Positions 13,061-22,295 of a stretch of DNA of 61,282 nt are shown in pieces. How positions within the stretch are numbered: position 1 is the stretch's first letter; each line of letters opens with the position of its first letter. The DNA comes from Catajapyx aquilonaris (taxonomy: Eukaryota), in assembly GCA_000934665.2 (NCBI GenBank), contig KZ538566.1, positions 1-61,282 of the forward strand. Reading direction: 5' to 3'. The position numbers and the translations under genes are program-made. The notes below the pieces were generated by a model. It was given only the letters and a program-made list of their open reading frames with translations. It had not been told where the DNA came from and did not search any database.

Positions 13061-13636
13061 TTAGCTGCGTGTCGGAGGGTGCGATATGAGGTATACGACA
13101 ATGTCCTGGTAGCCGCCGAATACGGCGATGTGCAGAGCGCTCCAACCGTCCCTAGTGGCCAACGTGGTGTCGGCCCCGTTCCTGACCAGGAGTTTGACCA
13201 GTTCCAGGTTGCCGGCCCGACAGCTCTGGTGCAGAGCAGTCTGTCCCGCGTCGTCGAACGAGTTCACGTTCACCATCCCTCGACCCCTGGTCAGGATATC
13301 CCGGAGCTCACTGTAGTCTCCGTTGCGGACCGCGTTGTGGAAGATGGCCTGGGTGTCGGTGCCGGCTGCGTACACCACGGCCCCCGCCGCACCCGTGTCA
13401 ATGTCCTCCTCGCTGCTGCTACTGCTGGAGTGTCGTCGTCGCCTTGCATTGTCCGTGGTGTCCGGAGTCCCAGTTGACGTCCCTCTGCCCTCGTCCTCGT
13501 CGTCCTCCTGCACCACCGAAGCTGATCTGGAGGCCGGAGACGGGGTCGGGCTGGACTCCGGACTCAAGCTCATGGCACTGTCCGGACTGCTCGGAAGGCT
13601 CTCTACCGGACTTGGGAGCTGCTGCACTTCCCTCAT
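13061..13636 (-). CDS. NRARP: Notch-regulated ankyrin repeat protein (NRARP-like), single exon, 191 aa from first ATG
   Basis: The C-terminal part TQAIFHNAVRNGDYSELRDIL...VNVNSFDDAGQTALHQSCRAGNLELVKLLVRNGADTTLATRDGWSALHIAVFGGYQDIVVYLI matches vertebrate NRARP as recalled (TQRIFQEAVRKG...NVNSFGPEGQTALHQSVIDGNLELVKLLVKFGADIRLANRDGWSALHIAAFGGHQDIVLYLI). The ORF-track start at 13687 is a GTG. The first ATG is 13636, with an in-frame TGA upstream. An alternative ATG at 13573 has GCCATG context. Confidence 0.93.
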   Translation of the reverse strand: MREVQQLPSPVESLPSSPDSAMSLSPESSPTPSPASRSASVVQEDDEDEGRGTSTGTPDTTDNARRRRHSSSSSSEEDIDTGAAGAVVYAAGTDTQAIFHNAVRNGDYSELRDILTRGRGMVNVNSFDDAGQTALHQSCRAGNLELVKLLVRNGADTTLATRDGWSALHIAVFGGYQDIVVYLISHPPTRS

Positions 13637-13885
13637 ACTTCCCAACACACGCACACTCGTAGGTAACCACCGGACAAGCCCAGACACAACCGTCCTGCCT
13701 CACTGCTTGCCGGCTTCTGATCCATCCAAACTGTCCCCCGCCACATGCCCCGCCACCACCAACCGTACCTCCCTCCACAGACAAGCCCGCCATCTGCCGC
13801 CTGGAATGTCTCCTCATGCTGCCCCCTACCCCCCTGGAGGATTGTTGCAAGGGCGCAGCCAGATGGGTGCCCACCTCAAATTACT

Positions 13886-15314
13886 TTCCCCACGTTGATT
13901 AATGCTCACTGTGACGCAACAAATTGGTACAAAAATGGTGACCATTGCATGCTGACCATCTGGATGTGGGTCAGCCGACTATTACCAATTACCACACCGA
14001 ATTCTTTAGGCGCCACAAATCGGAACCGAATTGCATCATACTAGAAGTAAGTGGTATGCCCATCGAAGGCTAGCAGGACTAGCTACTAACCCGGCCCATT
14101 CCCACGGAGCTGACTCAAAAAGTTCAAGGTTGCCGGATCCATACAGTGTATTTGTCAGCCGTACACACTACATGCAGAGGGCATTGTGTCCCAAAGGCTA
14201 CAACTTCCATTCATTCATCCGTATTCATTGAGTAGGGGTCGGGTGGAGACGACCTTGTCTTCCAAAAATTCCCATCACCCCCTTGGTCCCCACCGCCTTT
14301 TTTTGTAGACTATAAATATATCGGAGGGACAGGAGAAAATAATATGTCGAGCTGGGAAAAGTGGTTCAAAGGGTTCTCACCTGACCCAAATACCCTCGTC
14401 AAAAGTGGGGGAGCAGAAGATTCTATTGTTCATATTGGGGGGCCATCAATTTGGAGATGCTGGAACCCCCTGTACTTTAAAAAATGGTGTCGGGATTAGC
14501 CCTCCAGATATAGGGATACTAATGGCTGACACGGCTAATTACACAAATTAAAGCCGCTGGATGTTATTATAACGGGGGTCAAGGCACCTGCGCCAGGTGA
14601 AAAATTTGACAGCACATATTTTGGTTAAATTTATGGCGCACCTGCTTTTTATTTTTCAATATGAAAAGCGCAGTTATGTCATAACCGATGTGATGAACTG
14701 CCGTCTTAAGCCACTATATTATAACACTTTTCTGTTTTGCGAAAAACTGGCTAGCCTTTACCTATAGGCTGTAGCGGAATAATGGCTAGCCTCAACCGAG
14801 GCTTCCACAAGACTTAACTACAAACCGTTTCTGCCTCACCCTGTTGTCACATTAAAAATGACGGAACCGGCGCTTCCGGTCAGCGTGGAAAACGAGTGTG
14901 TGTGACGGTTCTCATACCGCACTTTGAAGCAGAATTGAAAATTGGTCATACGGAAAGGGGAGCGACGGTCATCATTGTCCCACCGGGGATCAGCACCTCG
15001 GGATTCTGTGGGTCGGCACGTGACCTGGACTGGTGGGAAGCTCGAGGGGGGCTTCAATTTTTGTAATATTTCTCACGGGTTGAAATTGCCCCCCTTTTAT
15101 TTATACACGCCAAATAAATATGCCAAGCACTCACGACTCCCAAATTCCTTCACATTGGAGACCATTTTCCCTGACCCTGCCCTCTGGGCTAATCAGCCGG
15201 TCTGACCTTTTTCAGACAGAAATATTCTCGGATTGTGGAGACATATTGATGGGGAATGCACGCACAGATTGTAATGACAGGAGTTGGTGGGGCATCCGCA
15301 GTCTGTTTCCCACG
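13886..15314. promoter_or_regulatory. NRARP upstream region with Su(H)/CSL sites and E-boxes, inside the NRARP-GCLM divergent intergenic region
   Basis: YGTGRGAA matches on the minus strand at 14099-14106, 15070-15077 and 15307-15314, with variants at 13886-13894 and 14909-14916. GCACCTGC E-boxes at 14584-14591 and 14638-14645. GGCACGTGAC at 15015-15024. Confidence 0.6.
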
Positions 15315-16035
15315 GATGCGGCCATACACGGAAAAGGTGGGAGGGTTTCCTTCCACAAACGGCCATTTTTAGGTGATGTTAAATGTATTGGGTAAATGAC
15401 CTCGATTCTGGTTCAATACCTGCTGCATGACGGTGCGGGACTTTATTATGGCCATGTGTGAACGGTCCTGCGGGGTGGGTCACTCCTTGCCGGTTTCCTA
15501 TTCCGTGACACGGAGGAGAATCCCACGCACCCTGTGGTCACGGGTCACCTAGTCGTGACCGTTGGGCTCGCAGCTTGTTTGAAAGCTGGCGCGACGGCTA
15601 TCAGTTGGAGACACTAGGTGACTCCTGCAATGGAGTGGTCCTGGTAGGGCTCTATCAAAAACAAAAATAAATTCGGACGTGAAACCTGTTTATTTCATAA
15701 TCACTTCGGTAAAAGCTTGTTGGAATTTGTTGTGATAATTCATGTTTCCACATGAGCGGGATTTGTCCGGGGATCGAACTGGGCCACAACCGGCCACAAC
15801 AACGTTACGGGAAGAGCTCAGTAGATGCGGGCTCCACCTACCGGGATCGAACGGCACCTTTAAATACCCCCTGTGAGTGTGGTGGCTCCCCACAGCCACC
15901 GCCGGGTGTCGCTAGTGCAGATCAGAATAGGGAAGGAAGAAGGAGGTGATCGTTCCGTCGCATTGCCGCAATACATTCATCGCACTTGAGCAGTGTGTGA
16001 GTATAGAGACAGTGCGGTACGGCCGGTGAGTCAGG

Positions 16036-16212
16036 ATGTCCAACGAGAACAACTCGAGCAGCAAGAGGGGGGCGCCGTCGGTGGATGAGAGCGGAGGAGG
16101 TGGAGGAGGAGGAGGGGGCCTGGGGGGACACAGGAAGGTTCAGGTGCACACCGGGAACATACTCAACGTTGGGGAGCTCATTAGGAAGGCCAAGCAGAAC
16201 CCGACAGACGAG
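16036..16212 (+). CDS. GCLM: GCLM exon 1 (coding)
   Basis: MSNENN...poly-Gly...KVQVHTGNILNVGELIRKAKQNPTDE; donor GAG|GTGAGA at 16213, phase 0. Confidence 0.9.
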
Positions 16213-19200
16213 GTGAGACGAGATACCTAGACTGGGCCTCTCTCGGGTTTTAACGCACCTGTCGTTCTCTTCCAGCTGAGCGAGAGCATGAAGATCACCC
16301 TGGACAAATGGAGCAGGGAGCTGCCCAATCAAGGGGAAGTCAAGGCAAGTCCTACTCCTCATCAGGCAGCTGCAAGGTTATCCAAGGGTACTCACTCACA
16401 CGGCCTTGCATCACCCAGCAAGCACCTTGCGACCAGTCCACCCATTACATGATCAGCAGTTTTCTCCTGAATCATGAAATTGTGTGGCACATATATGTAC
16501 TGATCTCGTATGTCATGTAATAGCCACAATCTTTCAACTTCCTCCATCATTGCATAATGGAGAGCAGTGCTGACATAATTTTTCATTATCTAATGACTCA
16601 TGCGATGCGTTGCAGTTGTTGGTAGTACACAAGTAAATGCATCTGCAATGATCATTAATTAACCCTGGAACCGTGTCATGGGGTCTTTTCAGACCCCAAA
16701 GTAATTAAAATGCATTAAAATTACGATTACAATGAACTGTTTGCCATTTTAAAAAAAGTATATAACAGGAAGTGCATGTTTATTTTGAGGTAGCGATCAT
16801 GTTAGGCATTGCTCAAAGAATTATTGCATAGAATCAATGCATTGAAAAGTATTATATAAAAAATTCAATAAAAATAAAAATTTGGTGTGGGGTCCTAAAA
16901 GACCCCACAGCACTGTTGACGCAACTTTCCGGCACGGCACGGTTCCAGGGTTAATTGCAGTATTTCCATCTGTTGCATCTTAGTGTGTATATATTCATGA
17001 CTAATGCCCTACTGGTTGGCATAGCCTGCAAGTCTGCATGTGATGTGCTGTGAGTGTCACAACTATGCCAATGTTCTACAGTTCCAACATTCCATGTGAA
17101 TATTCACTGAATGTCATTTGAAAGATCAACACTGGACATTAGATTGCTTGTCCAGGGTCAGTGGTTTATGACGTGAGTGAATATGTGACAGTGGACCTTT
17201 ATGAAATAACAATTCAGATTCAGTAAATTCTGTGTAGTCTGTGAATATGCAGGATGATGGAGGGCTTCCCCTGAACATTGTCTACCCACTAAATTAAAAT
17301 TTAAGTCTTCCAAAAACCAACAAATGAGGCAACCTTGGCTATTCATTGAACTTGTAGATACAGTGGCATGACTGATAGTCACAGATCATTATTTTGTGTG
17401 TGGCTAGGGTATGTAGATTCCATCCCATTGTATATCTTATATTTAATTTTAGATTATGAACTCACCTGTAACACTGGATGGCAATGGCAGGAAAGACTAC
17501 AAGGTTGCAGTCAAGATATTCTTATGTGACCTGAAACGAAGTTCATTGGCTGAAGCTGTTAGTTCAGGTAAGGGCAGCGTAATATGTGACGGAAAGGTGT
17601 GTTATTTGAAAGGACCCTGCATGCCATAAGAGGCATAGATAGTTATACTGTGTGGGGCAATATGTTCAGAACATTTTTGAGAAAGCTTCATCACTGTAGA
17701 CACCATGCTCACATGAAACTAGAGAGTGTGTTCAAAACCCTTTTTCTCAGATGGATCCTAAATTGGCAGTCATAAGGGAGTGGCAAATTTCAAGGTGCAT
17801 TCAAGATCCACTGAAGTTTGCAGCTAGAATATTAATTTGGAGTTCATTCTTCTAAGACTTCAGAAGCAGGTCTTAATTCACAGTCCAGACAGATTCACCA
17901 AGTCACATGATCAAGCAGTATACTTTTGACAGGTGCTATTTATGAGGTTGTAATGATCCACTACATACTTGGTAGTGGAGGATAATTATAGGATATTATT
18001 AATGTGGGATAAAATATTAAGCATGCATTCATGCCCTTATGGGGCAATTGACGTAAACATGCAGGGAAGCAACAAAATGTGCTGCTATTTTAAAACGTTA
18101 TTTCTCTTGCATGGGATTATGGAACTATTTCCAAGCTAAGCCAGTAAAATTATGCAATTAAACCTGAGTACAGGAGATTGCATGGTTTGTAAATGGCATG
18201 AGGGTCGCATCATTCTTCATTTATTATCATCATTAACTACTTCATCTGTGTTTATAGTCACAGCAGTGTACATTATATGGAAAATTGAAAACTAGAATTG
18301 CAAGATAATGCACAAAATGAAATTTTATGTACCATGCTCGGTGAAGTTGAGCATGCCGGCTGTCCTAATTTTACAACTCTCCACAGCAGCATGCCATACC
18401 AACTGCAGCGCACTTTGAAACCAAATATTTGATTCAATACTTCTACATAAAGGATTATGTATCTTTTACGAGTGAGTTGTGGGAATTGGATGGGAGGACT
18501 CGATGAGACTTTATTCAGGTTTAGTTATTTTCTTGCCAGGGTCAGGTCCTTTTGTGTTTCCTGCCTGCCTTTGCTAGAATTGTTTTCATCACAGACTGCG
18601 AACCCCAACATTCAAACGCAGGGTCACACATGTATGCTGTCACTTTATCGCAACATACTTAATGTGCAATAATCTAGTTCCCCTGCAATGTTTTTTCTAA
18701 TTATTTGTACATTAAATGTTTCACATTTCATGCCCTTCAACTCCTAACACAAGAAAGCCTCGGCCATAAAGTCAAAAAGCTTTATATCAGTTCAATGCAC
18801 GATCCCATACAATATCTCAGGCATTCTAATGAGTTACTTTGAGAAAACATGCTACACTACACAGCTTTTTGCTTCCCTGATATATTTAGGTACATGGCCT
18901 TGTCATATATAAACATGGTGTATACCCAAGGGAAGAAATACACCATAATTAATCATTCTTTGGCAGAGCATGTTTTTTTTTTTTCCCCTTTGACAGCTGT
19001 GTCAGAATTTTAGTCTGGCAAGTGCATCAGACATGATTGCCTGGCGAACGTGTGAAAATTGAAATGACATGTCTTCTCCTCTGACATTTTTGTGTGGATT
19101 CTACTGCAACTCTGTAGGACAATAATAATTATACCTATTCACAACATAGACTGATATGCTTTTTGTTTTCTTCCAGTAATGAATGAATTGGGAATTGACA

Positions 19201-19962
19201 TGCTGGATTCCGTGATAGTTTCCTACCCACTGTGGATCCAGAAGATGGAAAGCACTGATTTGAGAGATGTGTGGGGCCTTCTTGAAGATTATGTGAAACA
19301 GGAGAAGGTCTTGGCTATTGGCGTCAGTGACCTGGAGACCGACCTCTTCATCGACCTTTATGAATGGGCTAATGTAAGCTGGCAACCTGCATGAGTGCAA
19401 ATAATTGGCTTTCTAATTGTTTTAATCATGGTGAAGTTGACCAGTCATTTTGAACTATTTCTCCAGGATATACTTACTGTTAGAAAACAATTTTCGTGTT
19501 TAAGAAGTCCAAAATTGAACTAGTTTGTAAATGCTTTGTATCTGGTATACACTGGGCAACATCTAAACTAGTTGATGTTGAATTATGAACATACCCATCT
19601 CAGTGTTACACGTTTAATTTGCAGATCAAACCCACCATTGTGCAGATAAATTTGGCCACCTGCTGTGCTGTTCCTCCAGAGCTTGCGACTTTTGCCAAGG
19701 ATCATGGCATTCAGCTCCTGACTCACAGCGATCCTCTAGGTCAGTTGGAGCAATTAGAAAGCACTTTGTCTTTTTACACAGACCATGTTTTTCTTTTTCA
19801 GAGATAATGCCTGAGTCTGTCATACAGTCTGTGATGGGCCCAAAGCTGGGCCCTTGCAAAGAACTCAGGCCACACTGGTTTGTGCGCTTCCAGGTTCATG
19901 TCAAGTGTCGAGGTGTACTTTCGCACAAAGGATACGTCGTCAGCCTGGTGTGGCTGCCTTAG
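16036..19962 (+). CDS. GCLM: Glutamate-cysteine ligase regulatory (modifier) subunit, spliced CDS join(16036..16212,16276..16344,17453..17567,19177..19373,19625..19739,19802..19962), 277 aa
   Basis: The six exons join in frame (177+69+115+197+115+161 = 834 nt) with compatible phases. Motifs HTGNILN, LDSVIVSYP, AIGVSDL, QINLATCCAVPPEL, IQLLTHSDP and VKCRGVLSHKGY are characteristic of GCLM (aldo-keto reductase fold). Confidence 0.95.
16276..16344 (+). CDS. GCLM: GCLM exon 2
   Basis: Acceptor ttctcttccag; encodes LSESMKITLDKWSRELPNQGEVK (compare human LHDCIQKTLNEWS). It ends at the non-canonical donor AAG|GCAAGT, phase 0. Confidence 0.8.
16663..16950. mobile_element. piggyBac-type MITE (non-autonomous, 288 bp) in GCLM intron 2
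   Basis: TTAA on both sides (16659-16662, 16951-16954). Perfect 13-bp TIRs CCCTGGAACCGTG / CACGGTTCCAGGG. Subterminal 20-bp inverted repeats TGGGGTCTTTTCAGACCCCA (16679-16698) and TGGGGTCCTAAAAGACCCCA (16888-16907). AT-rich non-coding interior. Confidence 0.9.
17453..17567 (+). CDS. GCLM: GCLM exon 3
   Basis: Acceptor atttaattttag; encodes IMNSPVTLDGNGRKDYKVAVKIFLCDLKRSSLAEAVSS; donor CAG|GTAAGG, phase 1. Confidence 0.88.
19177..19373 (+). CDS. GCLM: GCLM exon 4
   Basis: Acceptor ttttcttccag; encodes (V)MNELGIDMLDSVIVSYP...VLAIGVSDLETDLFIDLYEWAN; donor AAT|GTAAGC, phase 0. Confidence 0.93.
19625..19739 (+). CDS. GCLM: GCLM exon 5
   Basis: Acceptor tttaatttgcag; encodes IKPTIVQINLATCCAVPPELATFAKDHGIQLLTHSDPL; donor TAG|GTCAGT, phase 1. 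Confidence 0.93.
19802..19962 (+). CDS. GCLM: GCLM exon 6 (terminal)
   Basis: Acceptor ttctttttcag; encodes (E)IMPESVIQSVMGPKLGPCKELRPHWFVRFQVHVKCRGVLSHKGYVVSLVWLP*, with TAG at 19960-19962. Confidence 0.92.
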
Positions 19963-20426
19963 CAACTGGGTAAGAAGGAAATGAAAACGGTACGTGGCTT
20001 AATAGATTGTAAGAAGGCCTCTCGTTGAATGGATTTCAAAATGACATGTCTGTCTTATTTCCACGTGGTTTTTTAGTAGATGAGGCACTGGCCAGTTGCA
20101 TTGGTACATTATTTTAAAAGTATCTTGGAAGGATTTCTTGAAAGACAATGTTAAATTTAACATTCCTTGCTGTTTGTGGCACAACACCTTGCATTTCTCT
20201 TTCAAACAGAATCAGTACAAAGTTGAAGACCACCAAAATATTGCAACATTTCTTTATTGGTTGTTGTAGATCCACTAGTATTAAAAGTAATAGTGTGCAC
20301 TTTTACTTGCACTCTGTAGGCCTAGTAGTAGAGCTTTAAAATCATTTCCATTTTTAGCATATAGAGTATCATTCTATGCAAAATTTGCACTGGTCCATGC
20401 CTGTTCTGTGAATGGTGACATGTAAT

Positions 20427-20494
20427 AATAAATTCAAGAGTAGTAAGGCATGTGAAAGGTTCTGATGCGAAGTTGGTAAGAGATTTTAAATAAA
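20427..20494 (+). terminator. Candidate GCLM polyadenylation signals
   Basis: AATAAA at 20427-20432 and 20489-20494 in AT-rich sequence about 0.5 kb after the stop codon. Confidence 0.45.
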
Positions 20495-21659
20495 CTGCTA
20501 ATTGTTTACAACAGTAAAAAATTCATAATGACATGAAATGCAATAATTTATTGAGCTTTTAAAAATGTAATGCACGCCCCGTATTATTATCTATAACAAT
20601 TTTATTGACCAATCATGTACTGAAATTTCCACGAGCCGCATTGTGGTACAGAATTCTGCAGCATAATCATCAGTGGCTAGAACTTATCCTTCGTAGTTGT
20701 ATACAATTGTAATGAGCGTCACTGTGTGTGTAATAATAAAAAAAAGAAGCATATCCTATTCATGAAGGAAACCAACGAAACAAATGGTCAACTACAGACA
20801 GCACTGAAACTGACTATCTAGTCTAAGGGGTGTGGTGGAACTACCAACATTTAATTATGCTGCATTACTTGGAGTGGTGGGTTTGCCCATACTTTTTCCA
20901 CCACACCCATTGTTTTACTCGATTGGAAGTGAGAAGTGGTGCCTTTTAAACTCCAAACCATCCTCCAGGAGACGCAAGCAATGGCTTCTGACTGACTCGA
21001 GCATGTACCTGATTTTTTAGGGATCCGTTATTTTTCAGCCCAACGTCAATGAAATATATTTTTTACAAAATACAAGTAACAAGCTTGTATTATTTCAGAC
21101 CAGTAACCTTGGCTGTCATTTTTGTATACATTTCAGGTACCTGCATCAGGATGTAGTAATAGGAATAACAAATCCCCATGACTTTCCCACCTAAATTCCT
21201 GAAACCCAAGATTAGTTACAGGAAAGTTCCCACACTGCAATGTTCATTTCAGAGCTTGGTAGGAGGTCATCCTGCTTGCAGTTCATTATCTGGATGCAAA
21301 GCAGATACTTTCAGGATCGTTATGAAATTGTCAAGTCCTGACTGTTGTGATGTTCTGTAGCATCTTTCCTCAAATGGTATCCGAGAGAACAAAATGGAAC
21401 ATGGAGGAATGTGAAAAACCGCTCGGTTTTGGCCACTTTATCCTGGTCTTGAAGCAACCCTTCGCACAGGCCCCACGGTGAGGTGTGTGTGAAGGGTGAT
21501 TAATTTTTAAAGTACTGTAATGAACATGAAATACTGGCATGCATGGGCGCCAGCACATGGACCCTGTATGACGTATGTTGACATAACATGGGGCGACCCG
21601 TGTAGGTGCGCCACCACCTCGAGGTACCATTTGCGGCCAACAGATGTAGCGGGCCGGCT

Positions 21660-21809
21660 CGCGAATAGGGCGTGACGTCACCTGTCCTCCCTCCCGTGGG
21701 GAGGGGAGAGGAGGGAAGAGGAGCGCGCATAAAAACGCAAAAGCGAGGCGCGTACGGGACAAGGCAAAGCACCACCGCACTCTAAAGTGTTGGCGAGGCG
21801 AGCCGCAGA
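21660..21809 (+). promoter_or_regulatory. Putative promoter and first non-coding exon of a large downstream gene
   Basis: CpG-rich segment with a full palindromic CRE TGACGTCA (21673-21680), TATA-like CATAAAAA (21728-21735) and donor AGA|GTAAGT at 21810. An alternative donor CAG|GTACGC is at 21858. Confidence 0.5.
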
Positions 21810-22057
21810 GTAAGTCGCGTTCTGTCCCGCTCCTGTCCTGTGACCCGTGCCAGGCAGGTACGCCCCCTCCCCTTTTCTCCTCAATTGATTGAGGTTATTT
21901 GGAAATTCTCAAGGCGCTTGCTTTGCCACTGCGGATTGTTGCGCGTTGTGTGTGTGTGTCCTGCCATGAACTCCCAGTTCCCCCCACTCCCTTCCCGCTC
22001 TCACCCAACCAACACTCTGGTGACGTTCTTCTAACCCGCTCCTGCCCCTCCACACAG

Positions 22058-22295
22058 GATGGTGAATCGGCTGGTGTGAAGGAAAAGAATGGTGACCGGT
22101 GGTGGTGCTGCAAGAAGAAGTCGACGGCGGCGAAGAAGAAGTGGAGGAACAACGGCCAGGGTCATCGGTCCTCCTCTTGGCCCCTAAAGAAGTCAGTCAT
22201 CCTATCGGGAGGGAGGGAGGCAGGGACAGGGGCTGGCAGAGGACATCCGCCCCCCTGCCTGCATCTCGCTAACCCAAAGGACCACCCTAAACCTG
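22058..22295 (+). other. Putative 5'-UTR exon containing two uORFs
   Basis: Branch point CTAAC (22031), pyrimidine tract and CAG acceptor (22057); purine-rich exon body; donor CTG|GTACGT at 22296. Both ATGs (22059, 22089) terminate within the exon. Confidence 0.5.

Noticed and set aside
13004..13898. Plus-strand ORFs of 157 and 191 aa overlapping NRARP
   Set aside because: Antisense shadows of a GC-rich CDS, with no recognisable domain.
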